Source of the DNA: a virus
Lineage: Duplodnaviria; Caudoviricetes
Length of the DNA stretch: 32,590 bases
IMG/VR virus record: IMGVR_UViG_3300020120_000177
Coordinates: 1-32,590 of that record
Reading direction: 5' to 3' (one strand)
Both the position numbers and the translations under genes were made by a program. This document shows positions 15,323 to 23,447 of this stretch, piece after piece. Each line of letters begins with the position of its first letter. The first letter of the stretch is position 1. The notes under the pieces are model-generated. The model searched no databases and was not told the DNA's origin. It saw only the letters and a program-made list of their open reading frames with translations.

Positions 15323-16887
15323 CCGCTGAAGCCTTCGCACTCGCGGGCCAGCCGGCCAGCAGCGAGATCCTCGTCGACGTCGCGCTGCCGGCCGGATCCG
15401 CGCGGGACCGCTCGATCGCGACGATCCGCCGGCTGTCGACGACGATCTACGCCCGCTCCGCCGAGATGGCCAAGGCCGACGCGTACTACCGGGGCGAGCA
15501 GGGCCTCCGGTTCACGAGCTCGAAGCAGCGGGCCGACTTCGGCAAGGCGTTCGGCAAGTACGCCGAGAACCTGTGCGGCCTTGTCGTCGACGCGGTCGAG
15601 GAGCGTCTCGACATCGAGGGTTTCCGGTACCCCCACACCGACGAGCCGGGGTCAGATCCTGACGAGACGAGCACCGACGCGGACGCCGACGCCTGGCGGA
15701 TCTGGCAGGACAACCAGCTCGACGCGAAGAGCCAGATCGCCCACCAGGAGGCCCTCATCAAGGGCTTCGCCTACGTCCTGGTGAGCCCGATGGCCGACGA
15801 CATGATCGCCGGGCGATCGCCGCGGATCACGATCGAGGACGCGCTCGCGACGATCGTCGAATTCCAGCCCGGGACGACGCTCCGGACGGTCGGGATGAAG
15901 CGCTGGGACGACCCGGTCGCGAAGCGCACGTACGCGAACCTGTACTACCCCGACCGGATCGAGAAGTGGCAGAGCTCGACCTGGCGCGACCTCGCCGGTC
16001 GGCTCCGCAGCGCCGGCGGGCAGTTCGCCGCCTCGAGCGAGGAGAGCTGGGAGCCGCGCGTCGTCCCCGGCGAGCCGTGGCCGCTCTACCACGAGCTCGG
16101 CGTCGTGCCGCTCATCCCCCTCGTGAACCGGCCGCGCCTCGACGGCTCGGGCCGGTCCGAGATCGCCGACGTCATCCCGATCCAGGACGCCCTCAACAAG
16201 ATCGCGATCGACATGATCGTCGCGTCGGACGCCGGCGCGTTCCGCCAGAAGTGGGCGACGGGCGTCGAGATCCCGATCGACCCCGAGACCGAGAAGCCGG
16301 TCGGCCCGTGGAAGCCCGACGAGGAGCGGATCCTCTCGGTCGCCGTCGCCGACGCGAAGTTCGGGACGTTCGAGGCGACCCAGCTCGACAACTACACCTC
16401 GGCCCTCGACCAGAAGGTCCAGGCGGTCGCCTCGATCAGCCGGACCCCGTACCACTACTTCCTGCGCCAGGGCGGCCAGCCGCCGTCGGGCGAGTCGCTG
16501 AAGAGCTCGGAGACCGGGCTCGTCCGCAAGGCGAAGCGCCGCCAGCGCCAGTACGGCGAGGGCTGGGAGGAGGCGATCCGGATCGCCTTCCTCGTCCTCA
16601 AAGACGCCCGCGGCGAGGTCCTCGACAACGAGACGATCTGGTCGAGCCCCGAGACGATGACCGAGGCCGAGCACATCGACGCGCTCGTGAAGCGCCGTCA
16701 GGGCCTCAAGGTCCCCCTCCGCCAGCTGTGGGAGGACGCCGGCTACACGCCCGGCCAGATCAGCCGGTTCCAGGCGCTCCTGAAGGCCGAGGCCGAGCTC
16801 CTCGCCGGGACGCTCGTCGAGCCGATCGGGGCCAACGCCGAGCCCGGCAAGACCCCCTTCCAGGTCCAGGAACGCACCGAGCCGTGA
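15313..16887 (+). CDS. Portal protein (SPP1 gp6-like)
   Basis: AYYRGEQ, NLCGLVVDAVEERL, HELGVVPLIPLVNRP, GRSEI, PSGESLK. Confidence 0.93.
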   Translation: MVLTAEAFALAGQPASSEILVDVALPAGSARDRSIATIRRLSTTIYARSAEMAKADAYYRGEQGLRFTSSKQRADFGKAFGKYAENLCGLVVDAVEERLDIEGFRYPHTDEPGSDPDETSTDADADAWRIWQDNQLDAKSQIAHQEALIKGFAYVLVSPMADDMIAGRSPRITIEDALATIVEFQPGTTLRTVGMKRWDDPVAKRTYANLYYPDRIEKWQSSTWRDLAGRLRSAGGQFAASSEESWEPRVVPGEPWPLYHELGVVPLIPLVNRPRLDGSGRSEIADVIPIQDALNKIAIDMIVASDAGAFRQKWATGVEIPIDPETEKPVGPWKPDEERILSVAVADAKFGTFEATQLDNYTSALDQKVQAVASISRTPYHYFLRQGGQPPSGESLKSSETGLVRKAKRRQRQYGEGWEEAIRIAFLVLKDARGEVLDNETIWSSPETMTEAEHIDALVKRRQGLKVPLRQLWEDAGYTPGQISRFQALLKAEAELLAGTLVEPIGANAEPGKTPFQVQERTEP

Positions 16888-16900
16888 GGAAAGGAGAGTC

Positions 16901-17206
16901 ATGACGTTCGAGGGTGATCTGAACGAGCAGGCGCCGGCCGAAGAGGCGCCCGCGTCCGAGCCGGAGGCCGAGGCCGCCGCGCCGGTGCCCGAGATCGGCG
17001 ATATCCCGACGACGACCTACGGCGGCGTCGTCGCGTGGACTTGCCCGACGTGCGGGTACATGAGCCGCGCGGACCGCGACGGGATCGTCGCGCACCACGC
17101 CGAGGCCCACGGATCCGCGGCGGCGCCGGCGAAGGCCGCCGCGCCCGCGAAGCCGAAGGCCGCTCCCGCGAAGAAGCCGGCCGCTCGGTCCGCGCGCGGC
17201 CGCTGA
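16901..17206 (+). CDS. Small protein: acidic N-terminus, C2H2-type Zn finger, Ala/Lys/Pro-rich tail
   Basis: SD AGGAG; WTCPTCGY...IVAHHAEAH; AKAAAPAKPKAAPAKK. Confidence 0.75.
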   Translation: MTFEGDLNEQAPAEEAPASEPEAEAAAPVPEIGDIPTTTYGGVVAWTCPTCGYMSRADRDGIVAHHAEAHGSAAAPAKAAAPAKPKAAPAKKPAARSARGR

Positions 17207-17242
17207 ATTCCTCGTTGACGTCGTAGGAGGCCTGACAGTACC

Positions 17243-17890
17243 GTGCCGAACGAGACAACCCCAGCCGCGGGCGCGACGCCCGCCGCGGCAGGTGCGACGC
17301 CTGCCCAGACCACGCCGGTCAGTCCGGCAGCCGATACCAACCCGACGACACCGGCGACGCCCGCGACGGGCAACCCGGAGGATCTCGGGGCGGCTGGCCT
17401 CCGAGCTCTCCAGGCCGAGCGATCGCGCGCAGATGCCGCCGAGCGGGATCTGAAGGCGCTGAAGACTCAGCTCGAGGAGCTCCAGAACGCCCAGAAGTCC
17501 GATGACGAGAAGGCGATCAGCCAGGCGAAGAAGGACGGAGCCGCCGAGGCGAGCGCGAAGCTCACCGCCGCGATCCGCCGGTCCGAGGTCCGCACGGCGC
17601 TCACCGCAGCCGGCGCGAACCCCGCTCTCCTGGACCTCGCCGCCAAGGCCGACGAGTTCGCAGCGCTCGACGTGAGCGATGCGGGCGAGGTGACCGGGCT
17701 CGCACAGGCCGTCGAGGCGTTCAAGAAGGGCCATCCCGAGGTGTTCGGCAAGCCGGCGACGCCGGGGACCGCGGACGGCGGGACCAGGGGCACGGCCTGG
17801 CTCACTCGCGAGCAGATCGAAAAGATGACCCCTCAGGAGATCGCCGCCCGCTGGTCAGAAGTGGAAGCGGCGCTCCCGAACCTTCGATAG
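17243..17890 (+). CDS. Capsid scaffolding protein
   Basis: SD AGGAGG; disordered N-terminus, LGAAGLRALQAER coiled coil, HPEVF..ADGG; directly before the capsid gene. Confidence 0.85.
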   Translation: MPNETTPAAGATPAAAGATPAQTTPVSPAADTNPTTPATPATGNPEDLGAAGLRALQAERSRADAAERDLKALKTQLEELQNAQKSDDEKAISQAKKDGAAEASAKLTAAIRRSEVRTALTAAGANPALLDLAAKADEFAALDVSDAGEVTGLAQAVEAFKKGHPEVFGKPATPGTADGGTRGTAWLTREQIEKMTPQEIAARWSEVEAALPNLR

Positions 17891-17902
17891 GAGCCCATCG
17901 AC

Positions 17903-18763
17903 GTGTCGATCGACACCTTCATCCCGAGCGTCTGGTCCGGCGCACTGCTCGTGAACCTCCACAAGGAGCACGTGTACGCCCAGCCCGGCGTCGTGAACAG
18001 CGACTACGACGGCGAGATCGCCAACGTCGGCGACACCGTCAAGATCCACGCGATCGGCGCGGTCACGGTGTCGGACTACACGAAGAACACCGACATCAGC
18101 GCGCCCGAGACGCTGACCGATGCCGAGCTGACGCTGGCGATCGACCAGGCGAAGTACTTCAACTTCCAGATCGACGACATCGACAAGCGCCAGCAGACCC
18201 CGAAGCTCATGACCGGGGCCATGGCCGAGGCCGCGTACGCCATCAGCGACGCGTCCGACCAGTTCGTCGCCGCGCTCTACACGGACGCCGCGTCCGCGAA
18301 CCTGATCGGCTCGACGGGCTCGCCCAAGACCGACCTCGGGACGGCCGGCCAGCCGTACGTCTACCTGACGAACCTCAAGACCGCGCTCGACGTGGCGAAC
18401 GTGCCGAAGGCCGGCCGCTTCGTCGTCGTCCCGCCGTGGTACGAGGCGCTGCTCCTCCAGGACCAGCGGTTCGTGTCGTTCGGCACCGCGCCGAACGTCG
18501 AGAACCTGCGCAACGGCCAGATCGGCCGGGCCGCGGGCTTCGACGTCCTCGTCAGCAACAACGTGCCCTCGGCCGACGCGACGACGAAGTTCCGGATCAT
18601 CGCCGGGCACCCGATCGCCTGGTCGTTCGCCGACCAGATCTCCGAGGTCGTCGCCTACCGGCCGGAGCGCCGGTTCGCCGATGCCCTCAAGGGCCTCCAC
18701 GTCTACGGCGCGAAGGTCGTCCGACCGTCCGCCCTGGCCGTCCTCACCGCGAACGCGGCGTAG
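17903..18763 (+). CDS. Major capsid protein (HK97 fold, P22-coat-like family)
   Basis: FIPSVWSG, DYDGEI.NVGDTVKI, LAIDQAKYFNFQIDDID, GLHVYGAKVVRP. Confidence 0.93.
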   Translation: MSIDTFIPSVWSGALLVNLHKEHVYAQPGVVNSDYDGEIANVGDTVKIHAIGAVTVSDYTKNTDISAPETLTDAELTLAIDQAKYFNFQIDDIDKRQQTPKLMTGAMAEAAYAISDASDQFVAALYTDAASANLIGSTGSPKTDLGTAGQPYVYLTNLKTALDVANVPKAGRFVVVPPWYEALLLQDQRFVSFGTAPNVENLRNGQIGRAAGFDVLVSNNVPSADATTKFRIIAGHPIAWSFADQISEVVAYRPERRFADALKGLHVYGAKVVRPSALAVLTANAA

Positions 18764-18772
18764 GCCGACTGA

Positions 18773-18818
18773 TCGAGTGGCGCGCCGCCGGAGCCCCCGC
18801 CCGGCGGCCGTCGCTCGA
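18773..18818 (+). terminator. Long GC hairpin after the capsid gene (attenuator or mRNA-stability element)
   Basis: GCCGCCGG/CCGGCGGC inner stem plus TCGAGTGGCG/CGTCGCTCGA outer stem; no U-tract. Confidence 0.5.
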
Positions 18819-18846
18819 CACCTGACCTGACAGGAGGCTTCGCACC

Positions 18847-19257
18847 ATGGCCAACGCCACCGCCATCACCCTCAACGACTGCGTCGCCAACGGCGGCATC
18901 ACGCAGCCGACGGCCGACGTCCTCGACACCGGCACCGCCGCCGTCACCCTCCCGCTCGCGCTGTCTGGCATCGGTGCCGACCGCGTCCTGCTCGAGGTCA
19001 CGAACAGCGGCCTCCAGAACTTGAAGGTCGAGATCCTCGCCGGCGACAACCCGCCGGCGTCGCGCGCCGGCCTCGGCGACCTGACGCTCGTCGCGGCGCT
19101 CGCCGCGAGCGGCGTGAAGGTCTTCGGGCCGTTCGAGGGCAGTCGCTTCATGCAGAACGACGCGACCTCGAAGGGCCGGCTCGACTTCAAGTTCACCCCG
19201 GCCTCCGGCACGATCGGCGTGGGCATCCGCGCCTATCGGCTCCCGAAGCGGGTCTAG
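18847..19257 (+). CDS. Virion structural protein (possible capsid decoration protein)
   Basis: SD AGGAGG; beta-rich; follows the capsid gene. Confidence 0.6.
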   Translation: MANATAITLNDCVANGGITQPTADVLDTGTAAVTLPLALSGIGADRVLLEVTNSGLQNLKVEILAGDNPPASRAGLGDLTLVAALAASGVKVFGPFEGSRFMQNDATSKGRLDFKFTPASGTIGVGIRAYRLPKRV

Positions 19258-19267
19258 CGCGACGAGG

Positions 19268-19305
19268 GGCGGCGGTTTCGGCCGTCCGCCCCCCCGACCG
19301 CTGCC
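19268..19305 (+). terminator. GC hairpin with a C-rich loop
   Basis: GGCGGCGGT...ACCGCTGCC in the intergenic gap; no U-tract. Confidence 0.4.
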
Positions 19306-19308
19306 ACG

Positions 19309-19848
19309 ATGGCCGTCCGCTCGTCCATGACCGACCTCATCGCCCGGATGCGGGTGATGACCGGCGATACCGGCTCGTCGCCCGTCTTCGATGACCAGGC
19401 GATCCAGGACGCGTTCGACGAGCGCCGGACCGACGTCGTCGAGGCCGAGCTCCGCTACCGGCCGTCGTTCACGGATCCCGGGCTCGTCGTCTTCCACGAC
19501 TTCTTCGCCCCGCGGCGCCCCTGGGAGGCCAGCGTGGTCCTCCACGACACCGGCGGGAACGTCCTGACCCCGAGCACTGCGGACCTCATCGCGGCCCACT
19601 GGACGTTCGCCAGCGGCCGCAGCGTGCCGGTCTACATCACCGGCAGCTTCTACGACCTGTGGGGCACCGCGGCCTCGATCCTCGAGCAGTGGGCGGCCAA
19701 GGTCGCGCTCGAGTTCGACTTCGCGACCGACCAGCAGACCTTCGATCGGACCGGCAAGCGCGAGGGCCTCCTCAGGGTCGCGGCCGAGTTCGCGCGCAAG
19801 GCCATCCAGCCCGCCGCGCGGCCCGCGTGGCGGTCCCTCGAGTGGTGA
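19309..19848 (+). CDS. Head-to-tail adaptor
   Basis: LIARMRVMTGD..VFDDQAIQ, YDLWGTAASILEQWAAK, FDFATD; position. Confidence 0.75.
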   Translation: MAVRSSMTDLIARMRVMTGDTGSSPVFDDQAIQDAFDERRTDVVEAELRYRPSFTDPGLVVFHDFFAPRRPWEASVVLHDTGGNVLTPSTADLIAAHWTFASGRSVPVYITGSFYDLWGTAASILEQWAAKVALEFDFATDQQTFDRTGKREGLLRVAAEFARKAIQPAARPAWRSLEW

Positions 19849-19862
19849 GAGGAGCCGATCCG

Positions 19863-20120
19863 ATGCCCGAGCAGCGCGTCATCATCAGCCACCCCGACGG
19901 CCGGAGCTACAGCGTCACGCCGGCGGGATTCGCCGAGCTCTACGAGCCGCAGGGCTTCGAGATCGTCGGGCCCGAGACCGACGAGAGCTTCGACGTGACC
20001 GGGATCCCGGTGCCGAAGGCCCCCCGCAAGGCGCCCCGCGCGAAGGGCACGAGCCGGCCGAAGCCGAAGCCGGCGAAGCCGATCGCGAGCCAGGAGCCGG
20101 CGCCGGCGGAGGAGAGCTGA
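19863..20120 (+). CDS. Hypothetical protein with a Lys/Pro-rich tail
   Basis: SD GAGGAG; MPEQRVIISHPDG... Confidence 0.7.
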   Translation: MPEQRVIISHPDGRSYSVTPAGFAELYEPQGFEIVGPETDESFDVTGIPVPKAPRKAPRAKGTSRPKPKPAKPIASQEPAPAEES

Positions 20121-20124
20121 GCCG

Positions 20125-20508
20125 GTGCTCTCCACGGCTGATCTCGAGGCGATGCAGACGACCGTCAACGAGTCGCTGCCGGACGCGTGCGCGCTCGTCG
20201 TCGACACGCTCGCGTCCGACAGCGCCGGCGGCCAGACGGCCACGCCCGGCAGTCCCGTCGACGTCGCCTGCCGGATCAGCCCGATGCCGGTCACGCGCCG
20301 CTCGACGGACGCCGAGGTCCTCCAGACCGGCCGGATCGTGTCGCAGGCGCCGTGGCTCATCGCGCTGCCGGCCGGCACGACGATCGACACCCGCTACCGG
20401 ATCACCTCCGGCGGCCGCGCGTTCGAGGTCGTCGAGGTCCTCGCCGCGCGGAGCTGGGAGCTCAGCGTCCAGGTCGCCTGCCGCCTCGTGAACGGCGGGG
20501 CCGGCTGA
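20125..20508 (+). CDS. Head-to-tail stopper (head closure)
   Basis: SDSAGGQ..VACRI, LPAGTTI..RI.SGGRAFEV; SPP1 gp16-like pattern. Confidence 0.75.
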   Translation: MLSTADLEAMQTTVNESLPDACALVVDTLASDSAGGQTATPGSPVDVACRISPMPVTRRSTDAEVLQTGRIVSQAPWLIALPAGTTIDTRYRITSGGRAFEVVEVLAARSWELSVQVACRLVNGGAG

Positions 20509-20999
20509 TGGCCCTCGCCGCGAACCCGACCTACGTGATGAAGCCCGCGAAGCCGGCGCGCCCCGGGCCCCGCGGCGTCATCAAGCCGGGCAAGGCCTTC
20601 AACCACTTCCCCGAGATCATCGCGGCGTTCCCGGGCGCGGTGAGCGCGATCGTGATCGAGACGACCGAGGCGCTCGCCCTCGCCGCCATGGAGAAGGCGC
20701 CGGTCGAGCAGGATCCGCGCCCGGGCGACCCGACCCCGGGGACGCTGCGCGCGTCGACGCACGTCCGGTTCCTCCTGGGCAAGGGCTCCGACCTGGTCGT
20801 CACCGGGCGGGTCGAGTTCCCGGCCAAGGATCCGCGCGGCCACCGCTACGCGAAGCCCCTCGAGACCGGATCGATCCGGAAGCGGCGCGGCCGGCTGGTG
20901 AAGGTGGCCGCCCGGCCGTTCCTCGTCGACGCGATCGTCGAGGAGCGCCCGAAGTTCTACGGCTCGCTGCGCGAGCTCGAGTCGAGGCTGCCGCGATGA
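20508..20999 (+). CDS. HK97 gp10-like neck protein
   Basis: APV...GTLRAS, YAKPLETGS, AARPFLVDA. Confidence 0.75.
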   Translation: MALAANPTYVMKPAKPARPGPRGVIKPGKAFNHFPEIIAAFPGAVSAIVIETTEALALAAMEKAPVEQDPRPGDPTPGTLRASTHVRFLLGKGSDLVVTGRVEFPAKDPRGHRYAKPLETGSIRKRRGRLVKVAARPFLVDAIVEERPKFYGSLRELESRLPR

Positions 21000-21292
21000 G
21001 GGCGGTCGCCGTGCCGCGGATCGTCGTGGCCACGCCGGACCAGCCCTGGATCTCGATCGACGACGCCGTCTGGCTGTCGGGCAACGTCCTGACCGACGGC
21101 GAGCCGTCAGCGGTGCTGGCCGTGCACGTCAACCCGGCGACCGGGGAGCAGTGCCGGCGCTCGCCGCGGACGATCGGCGCGCACACGATCGTCTCGCGCG
21201 ACCCGCTGACGATCCGGGCGAGCCTCGTCTGCGACGAGCCCGGTTGCACCTGGCACGGGTGGGTCACCGATGGACGCTGGGTGCCGGCGTGA
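20996..21292 (+). CDS. DUF6527-like metal-binding protein
   Basis: DPLTIRASLVCDEPGCTWHGWVTDGRW resembles the PT..PSi..C..C..HG.i.dG.W pattern; coupled at both ends. Confidence 0.55.
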   Translation: MRAVAVPRIVVATPDQPWISIDDAVWLSGNVLTDGEPSAVLAVHVNPATGEQCRRSPRTIGAHTIVSRDPLTIRASLVCDEPGCTWHGWVTDGRWVPA

Positions 21293-21723
21293 GCGGCTTC
21301 TCGGCGTACACCCGGGCGACGAAGTGGCTCTACGGCGTCCTGACCTCGCCGGCCATCAGCGGGGTCCAGGGCGTGTACGAGGACGCGGCGCCGGAGGGCG
21401 TGACGGTCGCCGGCGACGTGTGGATCGAGTTCGAGCCGATGACGCCCGGACAGGACCTCGGCGTCGTCGGCGAGCAGCGGGTCTGGACCGAGTTCCCGTT
21501 CCTCGTCCGGGCGATCACCCGCGGTCGCTCGACCAAGGCGCTCGAGGCGATCTCGGACGCGATCGACAGCCGGTTGCACCGGGTGGAGGGCACCACGACC
21601 GACGGTCGGGTGCTCCAGAGCACGCGCTCCTCGGAGGAGCAGGACTCATGGGTCGAAGCCGGCGTCGAGTACCGGGCCCTCGGCGGCATCTACCACCTCA
21701 TCGTCCAGCCCCTGCACGCTTGA
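21289..21723 (+). CDS. Tail terminator protein
   Basis: GVYEDAAPEG..WIEF, ISDAIDSRLH; directly before the tail tube gene. Confidence 0.75.
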   Translation: MSGFSAYTRATKWLYGVLTSPAISGVQGVYEDAAPEGVTVAGDVWIEFEPMTPGQDLGVVGEQRVWTEFPFLVRAITRGRSTKALEAISDAIDSRLHRVEGTTTDGRVLQSTRSSEEQDSWVEAGVEYRALGGIYHLIVQPLHA

Positions 21724-21740
21724 GCTCGTAAGGAGATCCG

Positions 21741-22724
21741 ATGACCGACCGCGCCAGCGTCGCCGAATCAGTCCAGGTAGGCCTCGAGGTCACGCCTGGC
21801 ACGGCGGTCGCCGCCCCGACCAACATCCGCAGCGTCTCCGTCATGTTCAAGATGCCGGGCGCGGCCGAGCTCTTCCGGCCCGACGGCCACAAGTTCAACG
21901 CGCTCGCCGAGAACAACGCCGAGTGGACCGGCTTCGACATCTCGGGCAAGCCGACGTACACCGAGATCTGCTGGCTCCTCGCGCCGATGTTCGGCAACCC
22001 CTCGCCGAGCTCGTCCGGTGTGGCGGTCAAGACCCGCGTCTACTCGATGAGCGACACGGCGCTCCTGAGCCCGACGACGCTCACCATCGAGAAGGGCGGC
22101 AGCGTCCGCGCCCAGAAGCTCGCCTACGGTGTGCTGACGGACCTCGGGATGTCGATCACCCGGGCCAACGGCCTGTCGCTCACCGGGCAGGGCATCGGCC
22201 AGCTGATGAGCGACGGGATCACGAAGACGGCCTCGCCGTCGGACGTGGCGCTCGTCCCGATGATGGGCAAGCACTTCGACCTCTACATCGACGCCACGGC
22301 CGCCGGCCTCGGCACGACGAAGATGCTCCGCGCCTTCAAGGTCGAGCCGTCGCTGGCCGGCGTGTTCGGCCCCATCTGGGCGATCAACTCGGCGTCGACG
22401 TCGTTCACCGGCGTCGTCGACCTCGCGCCGACGACCGGGATGAAGCTCACCGTCGAGGCCGACGCGGCCGGCATGGCATACCTCACCCAGTTCCGGGCCG
22501 GCACCATCATCTTCCCCCGCCTGAAGGCGACGGGGCCGATCATCGACAGCTCGATCCCCTACTCGTTCCAGTGGGACGCGGCGCTCCTCATCAAGAGCGT
22601 CAGCCCCGACGAGGACGAGTCGGGCGTCAAGGTCGTCAGCTTCGAGACCGAGTTCGTGAAGGACTCGACCTGGGGCAAGGCGACGGAGATCACCGTCGTC
22701 AACGACGTCGCCTCGGTCGCCTGA
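21741..22724 (+). CDS. Major tail (tube) protein
   Basis: SD AAGGAG; QVGLEVTPGTAVA, TLTIEKG, ITVVN C-terminus; position. Confidence 0.85.
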   Translation: MTDRASVAESVQVGLEVTPGTAVAAPTNIRSVSVMFKMPGAAELFRPDGHKFNALAENNAEWTGFDISGKPTYTEICWLLAPMFGNPSPSSSGVAVKTRVYSMSDTALLSPTTLTIEKGGSVRAQKLAYGVLTDLGMSITRANGLSLTGQGIGQLMSDGITKTASPSDVALVPMMGKHFDLYIDATAAGLGTTKMLRAFKVEPSLAGVFGPIWAINSASTSFTGVVDLAPTTGMKLTVEADAAGMAYLTQFRAGTIIFPRLKATGPIIDSSIPYSFQWDAALLIKSVSPDEDESGVKVVSFETEFVKDSTWGKATEITVVNDVASVA

Positions 22725-22727
22725 CCG

Positions 22728-23384
22728 ATGCCGATCACCCTCGCCAAGCTGTTCAGCCCGACGGCGACCGTCTCCTTCCCGTTCCTGGGGGAGACGGTCA
22801 ACGTCGTCTGGGCACCCTTCAGGTACACGGGCGAGATGCAGGAGCTCGCGGACCGGATCGCGGCCGAGCAGGCCGTCGATACGGACGAGATCGCCCGGCT
22901 GCGCGCATCCGCGACCGACAAGTTCGAGGAGGCCGCCCGGCTCGAGCAGGCCGACTCTCCGGATCCCGAGGCGATCGCCGCGCTGCGCACCGAGGCGGCC
23001 GCGGCGCTCCTCGAGGCGGACGCGAGCGAAGTCCGGCTCGACCACCGCGACAAGGCCGCGGTCCGCGAGGTCCTCTCGAAGCTGCTCGTCAGCTGGGACG
23101 TCCTCGACGAGGCCGGCAAGCCGATCGGGACCGACGTCGACACGCTGGCGCGGCTGCCGGACGTGTTCAACCGGACCGTGTTCTTCTCGCTCAGCCAGGA
23201 GAACGTCCCGGACCCTACGAAGGCGCCGCCGTCAGACGAGCCCTCGAGTTCGAAGACAGCGACGCCATCCCCGACTGGCTCCCCTTCCTCCAGGCGGCGC
23301 GCGCCCTCGGCGTCAGCCCCTTCGAGCTCGACGAGCGGGCCGAGCGAGCCCGCCATCATCCCGCCTGGCGACGCTGGGCCATGA
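22728..23384 (+). CDS. Tail assembly chaperone (G-like)
   Basis: LSKLLVSWDVLDEAGKPI; Ser/Pro-rich tail after PDPT; lies between the tube and tape measure genes. Confidence 0.8.
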   Translation: MPITLAKLFSPTATVSFPFLGETVNVVWAPFRYTGEMQELADRIAAEQAVDTDEIARLRASATDKFEEAARLEQADSPDPEAIAALRTEAAAALLEADASEVRLDHRDKAAVREVLSKLLVSWDVLDEAGKPIGTDVDTLARLPDVFNRTVFFSLSQENVPDPTKAPPSDEPSSSKTATPSPTGSPSSRRRAPSASAPSSSTSGPSEPAIIPPGDAGP

Positions 23385-23446
23385 CGCTGCGCTCGCTGGA
23401 TCCGCTGCTCGAGGCGCCGAAGACCGTCCGCGTCCTGATGGGCTGA
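23210..23446 (+). CDS. -1 frame extension of the tail chaperone (GT-like)
   Basis: The -1 frame reads PYEGAAVRRALEFEDSDAIPDWLPFLQAARALGVSPFEL...WRRWA and stops 1 nt before the tape measure start. Candidate shift site GGACCCTAC 23210-23218. Confidence 0.7.
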   Translation, partial: GPYEGAAVRRALEFEDSDAIPDWLPFLQAARALGVSPFELDERAERARHHPAWRRWAMTLRSLDPLLEAPKTVRVLMG

Positions 23447-23447
23447 C

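Noticed and set aside
8492-18835. CCTGACA at three intergenic sites (about 8492, 17231, 18826) as a regulator motif
   Set aside because: Only 7 bp, one copy includes a stop codon, and positions relative to the SD are inconsistent.
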